Below, piece by piece: positions 1-10,347 of a stretch of DNA of 64,000 nt (position 1 is the first letter of the stretch; each line of letters begins with the position of its first letter). Under the pieces are notes generated by a model. That model had not been told where the DNA came from. It was given only the letters and a program-made list of their open reading frames with translations, and did not search any database. The stretch lies in the NCBI GenBank assembly GCA_964187785.1, contig OZ076409.1, positions 32,924,001-32,988,000 of the forward strand, in the 5' to 3' direction. Origin of the DNA: Amphiscolops sp. MND2022 (lineage: Eukaryota). The position numbers and the translations under genes were made by a program.

Positions 1-134
1 ACGCATTTCGAGAAATTTGGGACATTGTGAAACAGTAAATTTTTTTAAGTCCACACCGAGACGAGCCTAGAGCTAACAGCGACTCGACAAATCCCGCGTT
101 CTTCGAGATTTCTTTAAAGGCTACGCCCGAATCG

Positions 135-2520
135 TTGACACCTGCTCTGCCATTGGCATCGTATGTAATGGTCCTACCAGGCCTGGAAAAGCTTGACATG
201 AGTTCGCAGTCATGGGTGACCATAGGATCCACAATGGACGGTTCGCATTTTTCAGACGAAATGTCTGACGAAGTCACTATCGAGCAACAACGCAAAGAGG
301 AATTGGCCGCCATGGTCCCTCCCTCTGAGGGTTCCGTTGCATCTGGAAGCTCTCGTCGAAACGAGCAATGGGTCGATGAAACCTGTCGTGAAAGAACCAA
401 TGAAGCAGAAGAGGAGTGGCCCAACTCGAACATGACCAACGAACTTGCAGCTGAGGAAGGGTGCTCTCGCGCATCCCTAGGAGAGAAGACGAGCTCCCGC
501 CTACAGATCACGGTGGACGAGGATCTTACCTACACGGGGAACACGAGTTGTGCGAGACCGCAGGCGTCTGGAGTCGCTCAAGGTAACACTAGAGTTTGTG
601 CCTATGGCAAACACAAGAGAGTGCGACCACCCATGATAAATGTAGGTGAACGTCAGTTTGAGGTGCCTCGTACGAGGAGCGTGGCAGGTTCAGTGGCATC
701 ATCCCAACGATCTTCGGTGTATAAAGCCGCAATATTGGAAGCCCAAGCTGAGACCCAACGTGCCTTAGCTGAACTGGCTAGCACTCGTGCTGGGTGCAAT
801 GACCAACATCGTGCCATCGCAGAAAATATGAGAACGTTGCAGACAACGATGCGAGAAGGATTGCAGGTCAGTAATCAACTGCGAACCGCGCAAAATACGC
901 AGAGTGCTCGCGTAGATGCACTAGGCCACAGAATGGGTGAGATGAATGACCTTTTGATGGCCCGTGAACTTCGTGTGGAAACCCAGATCAATGATTTGAG
1001 TAACCAAATGCACACTGTGCTCAATGCTATCAACATCATGAGGCGCGAGAGGTCCCTCCCACGACAATCTGGTGCCACTGAAGGTGTGCCAGTCGCGGAT
1101 TCAATTAAGATTCCGGAATCATCGCACCTGGGTCGGGCAACGAAACCCGAGCTGGCGAGTGCATTGAAGCCTAGCACCTCCAAGTCGACGACGCCTGAAA
1201 CCCGAACCAAGGATCCCGTACTCATCATGGCTGATGTGGAGCGTAAACCTGCACGGGTGCAGGTGAGAGGGCCCCACGACTCCTCGTCGATGAGTCAAAT
1301 AACCTCCTCCGTAGTTCGAAGTGCCACCCGAGACCAAGGTGTGGACCCAATGTCACCTATCTATCTAGATACTTCTACCGAAGTTGATTTATCCTGTACC
1401 AAGGCCACACTAGGGTCCCAGACTGATGGAGCTGCGTAAGCGACGGCCCCTACCATGGCTTCTGGAACGGACTCCCTGTATCTGACCGCCGACTGGACAG
1501 CCGAGGACGGAATGCCCTCGGGCGCTCCTTGTGCGAGTAGCACTCGCAAGAAAGAAGACATAGCGAACCTCTCAGTACGAGCCACGCATGGCAGTGACGA
1601 CGGTACTGATGAAGTGGCACCCAAGGAAGGAGAGGCTGAGGTCATCTCTCCCGAGCAACTGAGGTTCACTGCCGCGATTTCCAAAGCGATGTCCAAAGAA
1701 CTAGCACCGTTGCTTGCGGGACGTGACCTGGCTCAAACCAAACCCAGCGTGTATCGAGGCTCTAAGGACGGGTCTATTGATGGCTGAATCTTAGTGATGC
1801 AGCGATACTTGAAAAGAGTCCAAACCAAAGTCTCGGCCGAAGATCGGGCCTGGAGCATTATTGGTCATCTCGAGGGTGAGGCTCGCAACTACATCATCAA
1901 CAAGGCTGAGTCTGAACGTGACACCCCCGAGAAGGTGTTCGAGTTGCTATCTAGCCGATTTGGCGCGGGAGGAAATCGTATGCAGGTGCGGCAGACCTTC
2001 CAAAGCCGCGTCCAACAAGAAAAAGAGGACTGGATGCAGTACTTAGACGCTTTAGAGGGTCTCAGGACCCAAGGATTCCCGCAAGAAAGTATCATTACCA
2101 AACGCTATGAAATCTTGCAGCGCTTCATGGAAGGTGTGCGAGATCCAGTGTTGAGGCGTGAACTTGCCATAGTATACGCCTCGGAGACTTTTCTTACCGA
2201 ACCCCCTACCGTAGAGTCCTTGCGATTTACCACGCGTCAGCTGCAACGAAATCGTCCCAGACCCACCCAACCTCAACAACCCTATGATCCCAGATTAGCC
2301 ATGAGGTCTAGACCTCATCCTTTCGCACCACTGCCGCCGAACAAGATGGTCATGCCGCAGGGCGTCTTGCCACCTCCGGCGCCCCCCCCCCCCCCCCCCA
2401 AATGTCCCAGCTCCCGCTGTCCTAGATCCCGCCCGAGCGCCGGTAGGTGCTTGTTTTCACTGTGGGCAAAACGGACATTTTGCTCGCGAGTGCCCCAATC
2501 GTGACCAAGCCCGAAAACCA
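135..2520 (+). pseudogene. gag: gag of element A, with two in-frame stops and a frameshift at a poly-C run
   Basis: ORFs 135-1439, 1455-1787 and 1794-2504 share one frame, broken by TAA and TGA. There is a coiled-coil region, a retrotransposon capsid-like segment (YRGSKDGSIDG...QSRVQQEKEDWMQYLDALEGL) and the zinc knuckle CFHCGQNGHFAREC from 2452, in the frame of ORF 2521 after the C-run near 2382-2399. Confidence 0.85.
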
Positions 2521-5500
2521 ATGACTGCCTCCGAACCAGAGGGCGTAAAGGTCACCACGGAAGACGCGACCGATGGCATCCTTGAAGGTCATCCCGGGAT
2601 CTATCAATGCACGAGCTGTGGACTTTTCGATCAGGCGGAAGTGCAAAGTGGTGAGCACTCCCATGCGCCGAAGCCCAGTGACGAGTTAGCCTACAATCGA
2701 TGGGCTGAGGTCGAATCAGCTGGCATCGCCGCGCACACCGTACCTTTGGAAGATGACCGTGTGTTGATGCTACATCCGGCGGAACCGCCTGCGTTCCACA
2801 CTCCGATGACATTCACTTGTGGTGCTAAGCAAGTTCAGACCTGCTTGGAACCCACGATGTTCGACCCGCAAGGACGGACGCTGATTTCGATTCACCTGTT
2901 GCTGGCAGCTGAGCAAACGCGTAGGCCGACGCTAACCCTGGCGAACCTATGGGTCGAACTGTCTATCCTCTACAAACAGACGAGTTGCCTCGACCGAAAG
3001 AATGGTACGCTCCGGGAGAGTCTACGACTCTGACAACATATTCCCCAGTGCCAGTCTGTGCTTCAATGGATGGAGTGGATGTGAAGTTCGAAGCCTGTGT
3101 GGTGGTGGATGTATTTCCCCCTGGCATTTGTCTGGGTCCTCAGGAGCTCAAATGCTATAACATCAATCATCAGGAGCCCACCGGTGAAGCGCGTATAGAT
3201 GAGCGTGCGTCGCTCGTGGTCTCTTTCGTGGTGCCTCATGCAACACCTATCCCGCTGCGAGGACTGGTGGACACTGGCTCGGGCGTCTCCATACTGACGT
3301 TTTCCGCCTTTAACAGAGTGGCAGCTCGAACTGGAACGGTCCTTAAACCCTACCAAGTTGACCTGTACGCAGCCAACGGGAAGACAATAAAGACCTACGG
3401 CCTCGCAGAACATATCCATTTCCAGCTGGGAGGATATGAACTTGAAACGAACTTTGTGGTGGTAGATGACGCAATGGGTGTGGAAGACTTCCTACTTGGT
3501 CGGAACTTTCTCCGCTCCTACCAGGTGTTAGTGGATCTAACATCTATGAAGATTGTGGTGCGAGCACCAGTGAAGCCTGTGTGGCATCATGCTCACGCAC
3601 AGGTAGGTGACACTTCGATAGCTACCCCAGTCGTTTTGGATAGTGACTTGGTTCTGCAACCTTTCGAACGTGCGGTGGCTAGAGCAAAGCTCGTCACCAA
3701 TGCACTAGAGCCGCTGATTTTTCAAAGCGTAGCGCTCAATGCCTCTTTGTCTGACACTACGTTGCATAATGTCGTCTTTTTAGAGGACAGCGTGGCCACT
3801 GTCAGTGAGACAGGGACACTCTTTGTGAGCCTGATAAATCTCACCAGCAACCCTCAACGCATGCGGTGTGGTGTACAACTGGGCACCGTAGTACCCATAA
3901 CGGTAGTATACCAAGCAGTACCTCAGTGTCTGGACTCTCCCACAACAACCCGCACAAAAACTGACGCCGACGACAGTCGTGCAAATTTTGTTCATAAAAT
4001 TTATAGTGAAGTGAATCTGTCCACTGCTTCTGAGTTAACCTCTTCTTCAGAATTTGAGTTTTTGTCCTCAACTGACCCTAACGAGGCAGGACTATCGGAG
4101 CGCGAAATTCGCAAGCGTACGGACCCAGAGCTAATGGCTCCGATTCCTGGGCCAGAATCTCAGTTACAGGCGGTTAAGGATTTATGGGGCGCTAGCGCCT
4201 GCGAGTCTCTCAGTAACCTCCTCGATGAATTCGATGAGCTATTCATGAAACACAAGGCTGACATCGGTCGGTGCACTATCGCTAAGCACACTGTAGAGGT
4301 GGAACCAGGGGCTGTACCACATCGCGAAGGTGCTCGCCGGATGTCCCCTGAGAAGGCCGAACGTGCCAATCAGGAGGTGCGGAACCTCTTAGCTCTGGGA
4401 ATGATACAGCCCTCGCTGTCCCCTTGGGCGAGCGGCATTGTAATGGTGAAAAAGAAAAACGGGGAGTTGCGCTTTTGCTGCGACTTCCGCCCGTTAAATG
4501 AGGTAACCATTAAGGATGCCTATCCCTTGCCCCGTATTGATGAAAGCCTGGCACGGCTAGGCAAGGCGAAGATTTATACCAGCATAGACCTTGCTTGGGC
4601 CTTTTGGCAAATTCCTGTGCGAAAGGCGAATCGCCACAAAACCGCTTTTGCTTGTGAACTAGGACTTTTTGAGTGGCGGCGAATGCCATTTGGTATGTGC
4701 AATGCATCTGCCACGTTTCAGCGATCAATAGCGCGTGCGCTAAGGAATATTGTCAATCGTGAGGGCAGCATGGTCATGGCCTACATTGATGATTTCGTGA
4801 TTGCCACAGAGACTGTGGAAGACCATATGGTACGCCTACGTGAAGTCTTTGAATGCCTCCGTAAAGCCGGTTTCAAAATGCGCGTGGCCAAATGCGATTT
4901 CATGAAATCGGAGATCAAGTACTTGGGACGAGTGGTTTCCGCAGAAGGAGTGAAGCCCGACCCGAAAGCCGTCGTCAAGTTGCGCGATTGGGAAATTCCC
5001 CGTAACAAGACGGAGATGCAGAGCTTCCTTGGATTCGCCAATTACTATCGCGAATTCATCCCTTGGCACGCTAAGCTGGTTGCACCCCTGCACGCCGTCA
5101 CTGGACTGAATGCCACCTTCGCATGGGGTCCTGAGCAACAAACCGCATTCAATGAAATCAAAAAAGCCCTGATCGAGGCAACTGCGCTCGCGCAGCCTGA
5201 TTCCGAAGGAGAGTTTGTGTTGGACACTGACGCTAGTGCTGTCGCCATTTCTGTATCCTGCACCAGTGGCAAGGTCCTCCGGGTGAACGACGCCTGAGGC
5301 CGATAGTTTACGGCAGCAAGAAGCTCACTACCGCACAAGCTAAATACGGAGCTCCCAAACTTGAAATATTCGCCGCCTACTATTTCATAGTGAAAAACCA
5401 CAGCTATTTATGTCCCCGGAAATTCACCCTGCGGGTGGACAACCAAGCCTTGTCCTGGTTGAAAACCTACTCCACGGATCAAGCGCTAATCGGCCGATGG

Positions 5501-6834
5501 ATTATGACCCTGGAGAAGTATCACTTTCGCGTGGAACACCGCCCAAGAACTCAACATCGAAACGCCGATGGCTTGAGCAAACGAACCAACGAGTACCGAT
5601 GCCGAGAGAAACAGCTTGCACAGCAGCCAGCCGCGGGCGAACGCTGGAATTTCCTTTCAGCTGACGAATTTGATAAACTACCTGTTGCCCCATGGTTCGA
5701 CCTTCAGGGTCGAGTCATCCCGAATCATCCCGAACTACCTGCGCACCTGCAGAACTTGGAGCCTAAGGCTCCCAACCAATTGCTACGCGTGCTTCGCCGC
5801 ACAAAACGAGCGAGCAGGAGAGACAGACAAGCGAAAGCATTCGCAGCACCCTTGCCGCCTCCGCCTTCCTTTGCTCTGCAACCGCACGAGGATGCCTATC
5901 CAGACTACCCTGAGGACTGGATTGATGTCACTGATGAAGCACGCGAAGATTATCTATTACCGACTCATGCCGTAAATGTATCTTCACGTACCGTCTATGC
6001 TATTGCTGGGGCGAATCCTGTTGCGTTGCAAGGTACTCCCTCGGGTGTACGCGACTCAATTATGGCTCTTAAAGACATCAACACTGAACTTCACGAACAT
6101 GCTCACACCGTGCATGGTATCAGAGACTTGATTCTAGCCCAAAACCGTGATGTTCATGTGCTAGCACTCAAAAAGTTGGTGCTAAACGAACCCATCGATC
6201 ATGACGTGTTTCCCGAGAACGTGCGTGAGTTCGCACGCAACTACTACCGTCAGAAGAAAACTCTCCTGTTCATTAACAAGAATGGTGTGCTTTGCGTACG
6301 ATACCCTCCCAACCAACGTCCCCTGCACGAACGCCCGTGCATGATCGTCATGCCTCAACTGTACCAGCATGAGATTTTATTCCGCGCGCATGACGCCATG
6401 GGACATCAAGGTATCTCCAAAGTGGTGGCTCGGATTCAAGAACGTCACACATGGCCTGGTATTCGACGCAGCGTGGGCCGTTACGTTGGCCAATGCCTCA
6501 CCTGTCAACAGGTTCGAGATAAGCCTGGTGACGTCCGATTCCACCTAAAGAACATCCAGAGCGGGTACTTCAACGAATTGGTCCAATATGATCACCTGAA
6601 GATATGCCCCTCAGACAGTAATAACACTGGCATCTTGGTCATAATTGACCATTTCTCCAAGTTCGCGGAAGCAGTTCCCTGTAGTCATCACGACTACGAC
6701 GCTGTGACCACCTCTCGGTTGCTGCTGCAAAAGTGGTTCGCCCGTCATGGCACACCCACTCGAATGCAGTCTGACAATACTCCAAATTTGACTGCTGAGG
6801 TATCCAACGAATTCCTAAAAGCAGCCCACGTTAC
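2521..6834 (+). pseudogene. pol: pol of element A (protease, RT, RNase H, truncated integrase), frameshifted
   Basis: LVDTGS (DTG at 3270-3278) and FLLGRNFL; RT motifs SPWASGIV, RFCCDFRPLN, MPFGMCNASATFQ, AYIDD; RNase H LDTDAS, RVDNQAL, NADGLS; IN HDAMGH...CLTC, VQYDH, MQSDN. Frameshifts near 2970 and 5250. The integrase stops before the catalytic E. Confidence 0.92.
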
Positions 6835-6851
6835 CAGGAACCTCAGCATCC

Positions 6852-8561
6852 TTGTTGACGAACCCCTCGCTAACCAATTTCCTTAGTAACTATCCCATAT
6901 GGCCGACCGCCCCTCCGATTCCTCTCAAATCTGCCAGCAGCGACAGCAACGTTCAGCCCGATCTGCCTGAAGTTCCCGAGACTTCGCCAGGAGCGGGGAC
7001 CGCTCCTTTTTTCAAAAGGGGGAGGGGGAGACCACCCAAGGCACAGAAGAAACGGCTGATCCGAGCGAAAGCAAGGACGAGGAAGAAAGAAACACCGAGA
7101 AATGTCGAAACCGAAACTGCAATCCAGGCCGAAACGGAATCTCCCAGAACTGCAGAGACGCTAACAGAGGCATCTGCAACTGCTCTTAGGTATCAACTAA
7201 GGAGTAAACGGCAGCCGCGCTACAAGTGTGGAACCTGCGGGCTGCGAGATTGTGTCTGCCTATTAGCTGTGAATGAGAACCGGAGGGTTCCCATTGGAGC
7301 CCGGGGAGTTCCTCCGGAAGAGAGAGAAAACTTGGTGTACCGCCTCACGGTGCGGGCCGAGAAAACCTACTCAGCTGTAGAGCGGTCCGGAGACCACCCT
7401 GTGGACACTATCCTGGAGAAGTTGTCACTGCCCGGGGTAGCGAAGGCCCCTTGTCCTAGGTTTAAGGAGTGGACTAGCGATGGAAAGGGCCTGGAGTTTA
7501 CCCTGCCCACGGTGTTGCCCCCTGTGCCCAGCAATATTGCGTTTGGACCATTCAATTTTGAAAGGGAACCTGTGCAGATGGCCCGATGCATCACTGCCGA
7601 CTTGTTATGCGATAAGTATGGAGTCCAGGTGGAACCAGGAGGGGTATACAGCCCGGCTCCTCACGGGTGGCTGCTGGTAACAGCTCCACGAGTGGAGGCG
7701 ATGGTGGAACCGTTGAATCTGTTATCCTGTCTAGAGAGTCTGAGGACCCTCACCACTGTGGACTTAATACTTTGCTTCCATATCATAGACTGGTACCGAG
7801 GCAAAGTGAAGTTTGCATGGTGGCTGGAATTAATTATCACGTGTTTCGCCACCTATCCCAGAATTCGACTGTTAGATGAGTGGACTCACACTTTCGAGAT
7901 CCCCCTGTTCCCCAAAGCCGCCCTGGGAACTTTAGATGCGTGGGTAAAGGCCGGCAGCGACAATCGAGCGATGCCCCGCTCAGTGTGGCAAGACCTGGCT
8001 GCAGTCCAAGGGCGTACGCCTCGCGTGTGTCTGCCCTCCGACAATGGTCCCGGACGAGAGATTGTTTACCCGGGAGCCCTGTATCCGAATTCCGCCGAAC
8101 ATGTTTCTTACGATGAATCTGATTTTTTGCAGGCCGAGGGCGACATAGTGTTAGCATGCCCTGCTGACCTAAAGACCAACTCTGCCGCCTTGCGATATGT
8201 GCTGCGGGAGTGCGGCATAGAAGATGTATTTGCCTTACGACCTAAAGTGGGCGAGATTCTCACTATCCCGCCTGATGTGAACCCCAACCCTAATCAAAGT
8301 ATTCACCTGTTAATAGTCCGTGCTAACCAGCGCGCACCGCTGCTGACCGATGACTACTTGCGCTGCATGACGTACTTGATACAGCGCCTGATAGACAAAG
8401 GATCCACACGGGTCCACTTACCCATTCTGGACCCCGAGAGACCGGCTTTCTCGTTGGTCAATCTGTACCATACTCTAACGAACATGTTCGAGGGTACTGG
8501 TATTCGCGTGGTTTTGCATAGCCGCGTATATGTATCAATATTAACTATAGGGCTGGAGTAG
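6852..8561 (+). CDS. AT-hook, Cys cluster and two tandem TARG1/OARD1-like macrodomains (probably the C-terminal extension of Pol or a separate extra ORF)
   Basis: KRGRGRPPK AT-hook (7014-7040); CGTCGLRDCVC (7227-7259). Two segments (about 7533-7875 and 8100-8520) follow the TARG1 pattern: MARCITADL / VLACPADL, WLLVT / IHLLIV, LLSCLESL / YLRCMTYL, IITCFATYPRIRL / LTNMFEGTGIRVVLH. Confidence 0.7.
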   Translation: MLTNPSLTNFLSNYPIWPTAPPIPLKSASSDSNVQPDLPEVPETSPGAGTAPFFKRGRGRPPKAQKKRLIRAKARTRKKETPRNVETETAIQAETESPRTAETLTEASATALRYQLRSKRQPRYKCGTCGLRDCVCLLAVNENRRVPIGARGVPPEERENLVYRLTVRAEKTYSAVERSGDHPVDTILEKLSLPGVAKAPCPRFKEWTSDGKGLEFTLPTVLPPVPSNIAFGPFNFEREPVQMARCITADLLCDKYGVQVEPGGVYSPAPHGWLLVTAPRVEAMVEPLNLLSCLESLRTLTTVDLILCFHIIDWYRGKVKFAWWLELIITCFATYPRIRLLDEWTHTFEIPLFPKAALGTLDAWVKAGSDNRAMPRSVWQDLAAVQGRTPRVCLPSDNGPGREIVYPGALYPNSAEHVSYDESDFLQAEGDIVLACPADLKTNSAALRYVLRECGIEDVFALRPKVGEILTIPPDVNPNPNQSIHLLIVRANQRAPLLTDDYLRCMTYLIQRLIDKGSTRVHLPILDPERPAFSLVNLYHTLTNMFEGTGIRVVLHSRVYVSILTIGLE

Positions 8562-8823
8562 CCTTATCATTTTAGTTGTCCCCATTTTCCCTTTGCCCTC
8601 AGTCTTTGTAACAATTCTTGTAACAACCATGGAAGAGTCTTGAAATGCTCTCGAAATATTAATTTGTCATGCTGTTTACTCAAAGGTTTTGTTCTAGTTC
8701 GTTACTTAGTTAGAGTTAAATTTTAAGTTTGTAGTGGCCCCCTTACGGAGCCGATGTTGCATTGCTGCAATTGAGGGACGAACCGGCCCACGGCTCGCTC
8801 CAGAAAGAACTTGCCCCTGTAAG

Positions 8824-8844
8824 CCTAACAGTGGTCCTTTTTAG
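8824..8844 (+). promoter_or_regulatory. Candidate splice acceptor for a subgenomic mRNA of the extra ORFs
   Basis: CCTAAC branch-like motif (8824-8829), TCCTTTTT tract and AG (8843-8844), 13 nt before the ATG at 8857. Confidence 0.5.
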
Positions 8845-8856
8845 ACCTATGCATTA

Positions 8857-10347
8857 ATGGCCCATTGCCCAAACAGTTCAGCGCCTGCAACAGGGTCTAG
8901 TAGTGCAAGGCCCCAGGAATCTGCGCGAGCGCAGAGGGTCAATCAGGCCCAATATGTCGAAGAGAGGCTGCGGGATGGTCTTTCGCCAGTAGCCGTAACT
9001 GGGGTGGCTGCCTTACTGACCCAGCTTGAATCGATGCAAATGCTGCCAAATGCATCCTTGTCGATCACTACGGAGGTGGCAGGCTATCGTCGCACCTTGA
9101 CGTGCACCAACAATGCCTGGGATGGGTACGACCTGACTCACCAGTTCTTGGACGAAAGATCAATCACAGTGCATGGCCCCAGCCAGGGCACCAGATTCGA
9201 ACAAGAATCATCACTGCGTATGATGCCCGTCAACGTCCCATCGCTGCCTTCTATCTCGGCACCGAATCCAGTGCAGATGACGCCTGCTTATGGGGCACCA
9301 TATGGAACCCAGGCAACGATGACGCAAAACACTACCAATCAATCAGCCTCAAGTCGGGAGCCCTCGGGGTCCCAACTGCCATCAGTGCCTAATCTAAATC
9401 TTACCGGACGGAGTGCCAGCGAGCAAGCGGTGATCGTGGCCCTGCAGGCGGTCGCCAACTACCCCAACTCCTCTGACTTCGTTCGTGCAGTTGAGCAAAG
9501 GATTCCCGGATTGGCACACTATTTGCAAGCCGCAGCTCAGCCCTCGGGCGGTGTCATCCCACCCACCACCCTAGCCGAAGCTGTGTCTATGGAAGCAGAA
9601 ACCACGGCTGGACCAAGCACCAGCGCTATAACATATCCCCGTGAGGAAACTGGACGGAAGCGACTTACTGAGGAAAATATCGTCGCTACACGCAATAATT
9701 CCGTGACCGAAAGTCCGACCAGTCGTCCCCCTCCGGACAAGCGAGCAGATGTACCCCAGCAATCGCAAATGAAGAGTGTAGTGGTCGTGAGGCCTCCATA
9801 TCGCGTCGGCCACCTGGGCGTAGGCGCGCCTCAAATGTCCATGGAAGAGGCCATTAACCGCTACGGCAGCGTGGATGCGAATCCTGAAACGAATCCTGTG
9901 CCCTTGGGCACAGGCTCTGCCAACATGTCCCTGGAGGTGCCCGAGACAGTCGAAGAGACCAGTCCTCCCGCCTTTCTTCCCCCGTCAGATGATGTATCCG
10001 GCTCCGTGGTAACTAGCGATAGTAAACGCATCTGGATGGCAGCAGAGTGTTTGCACCCGAACACATGTGCGATTAGAAGGAGAGCACCGCCGTCGGACGC
10101 CGAGCAAAGAGAGGTGAGCAGAATCACCATTGCGGCTCAAATAACTCGATCGCTACGTGCCCGTGATGCGGACCTAAGTGAGCAAGCCTGGGAACAGCGT
10201 GCTCGAGAGCAACTGCCCGCCACACCCAACAACTACATGGCTCGCCTGCAGCACGACCTCACCGAGCAATTTCCCGCCAGGTACATATTGCGCGAAGGAG
10301 AAACCTGGGAAGCAAAGGCCGCTACGCTCGCAATATCAGGTCAATGA
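8857..10347 (+). CDS. Extra ORF of element A, 496 aa, low-complexity S/P/T/A/Q-rich, function unknown
   Basis: Long open ATG-initiated ORF inside the element. Its stop overlaps the next ATG (ATGA, 10344-10347). Confidence 0.7.
   Translation: MAHCPNSSAPATGSSSARPQESARAQRVNQAQYVEERLRDGLSPVAVTGVAALLTQLESMQMLPNASLSITTEVAGYRRTLTCTNNAWDGYDLTHQFLDERSITVHGPSQGTRFEQESSLRMMPVNVPSLPSISAPNPVQMTPAYGAPYGTQATMTQNTTNQSASSREPSGSQLPSVPNLNLTGRSASEQAVIVALQAVANYPNSSDFVRAVEQRIPGLAHYLQAAAQPSGGVIPPTTLAEAVSMEAETTAGPSTSAITYPREETGRKRLTEENIVATRNNSVTESPTSRPPPDKRADVPQQSQMKSVVVVRPPYRVGHLGVGAPQMSMEEAINRYGSVDANPETNPVPLGTGSANMSLEVPETVEETSPPAFLPPSDDVSGSVVTSDSKRIWMAAECLHPNTCAIRRRAPPSDAEQREVSRITIAAQITRSLRARDADLSEQAWEQRAREQLPATPNNYMARLQHDLTEQFPARYILREGETWEAKAATLAISGQ

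Noticed and set aside
2382..2399. Poly-C run as a programmed frameshift
   Set aside because: It lies in a proline-codon tract upstream of the zinc knuckle; homopolymer slippage or a sequencing error is more likely.
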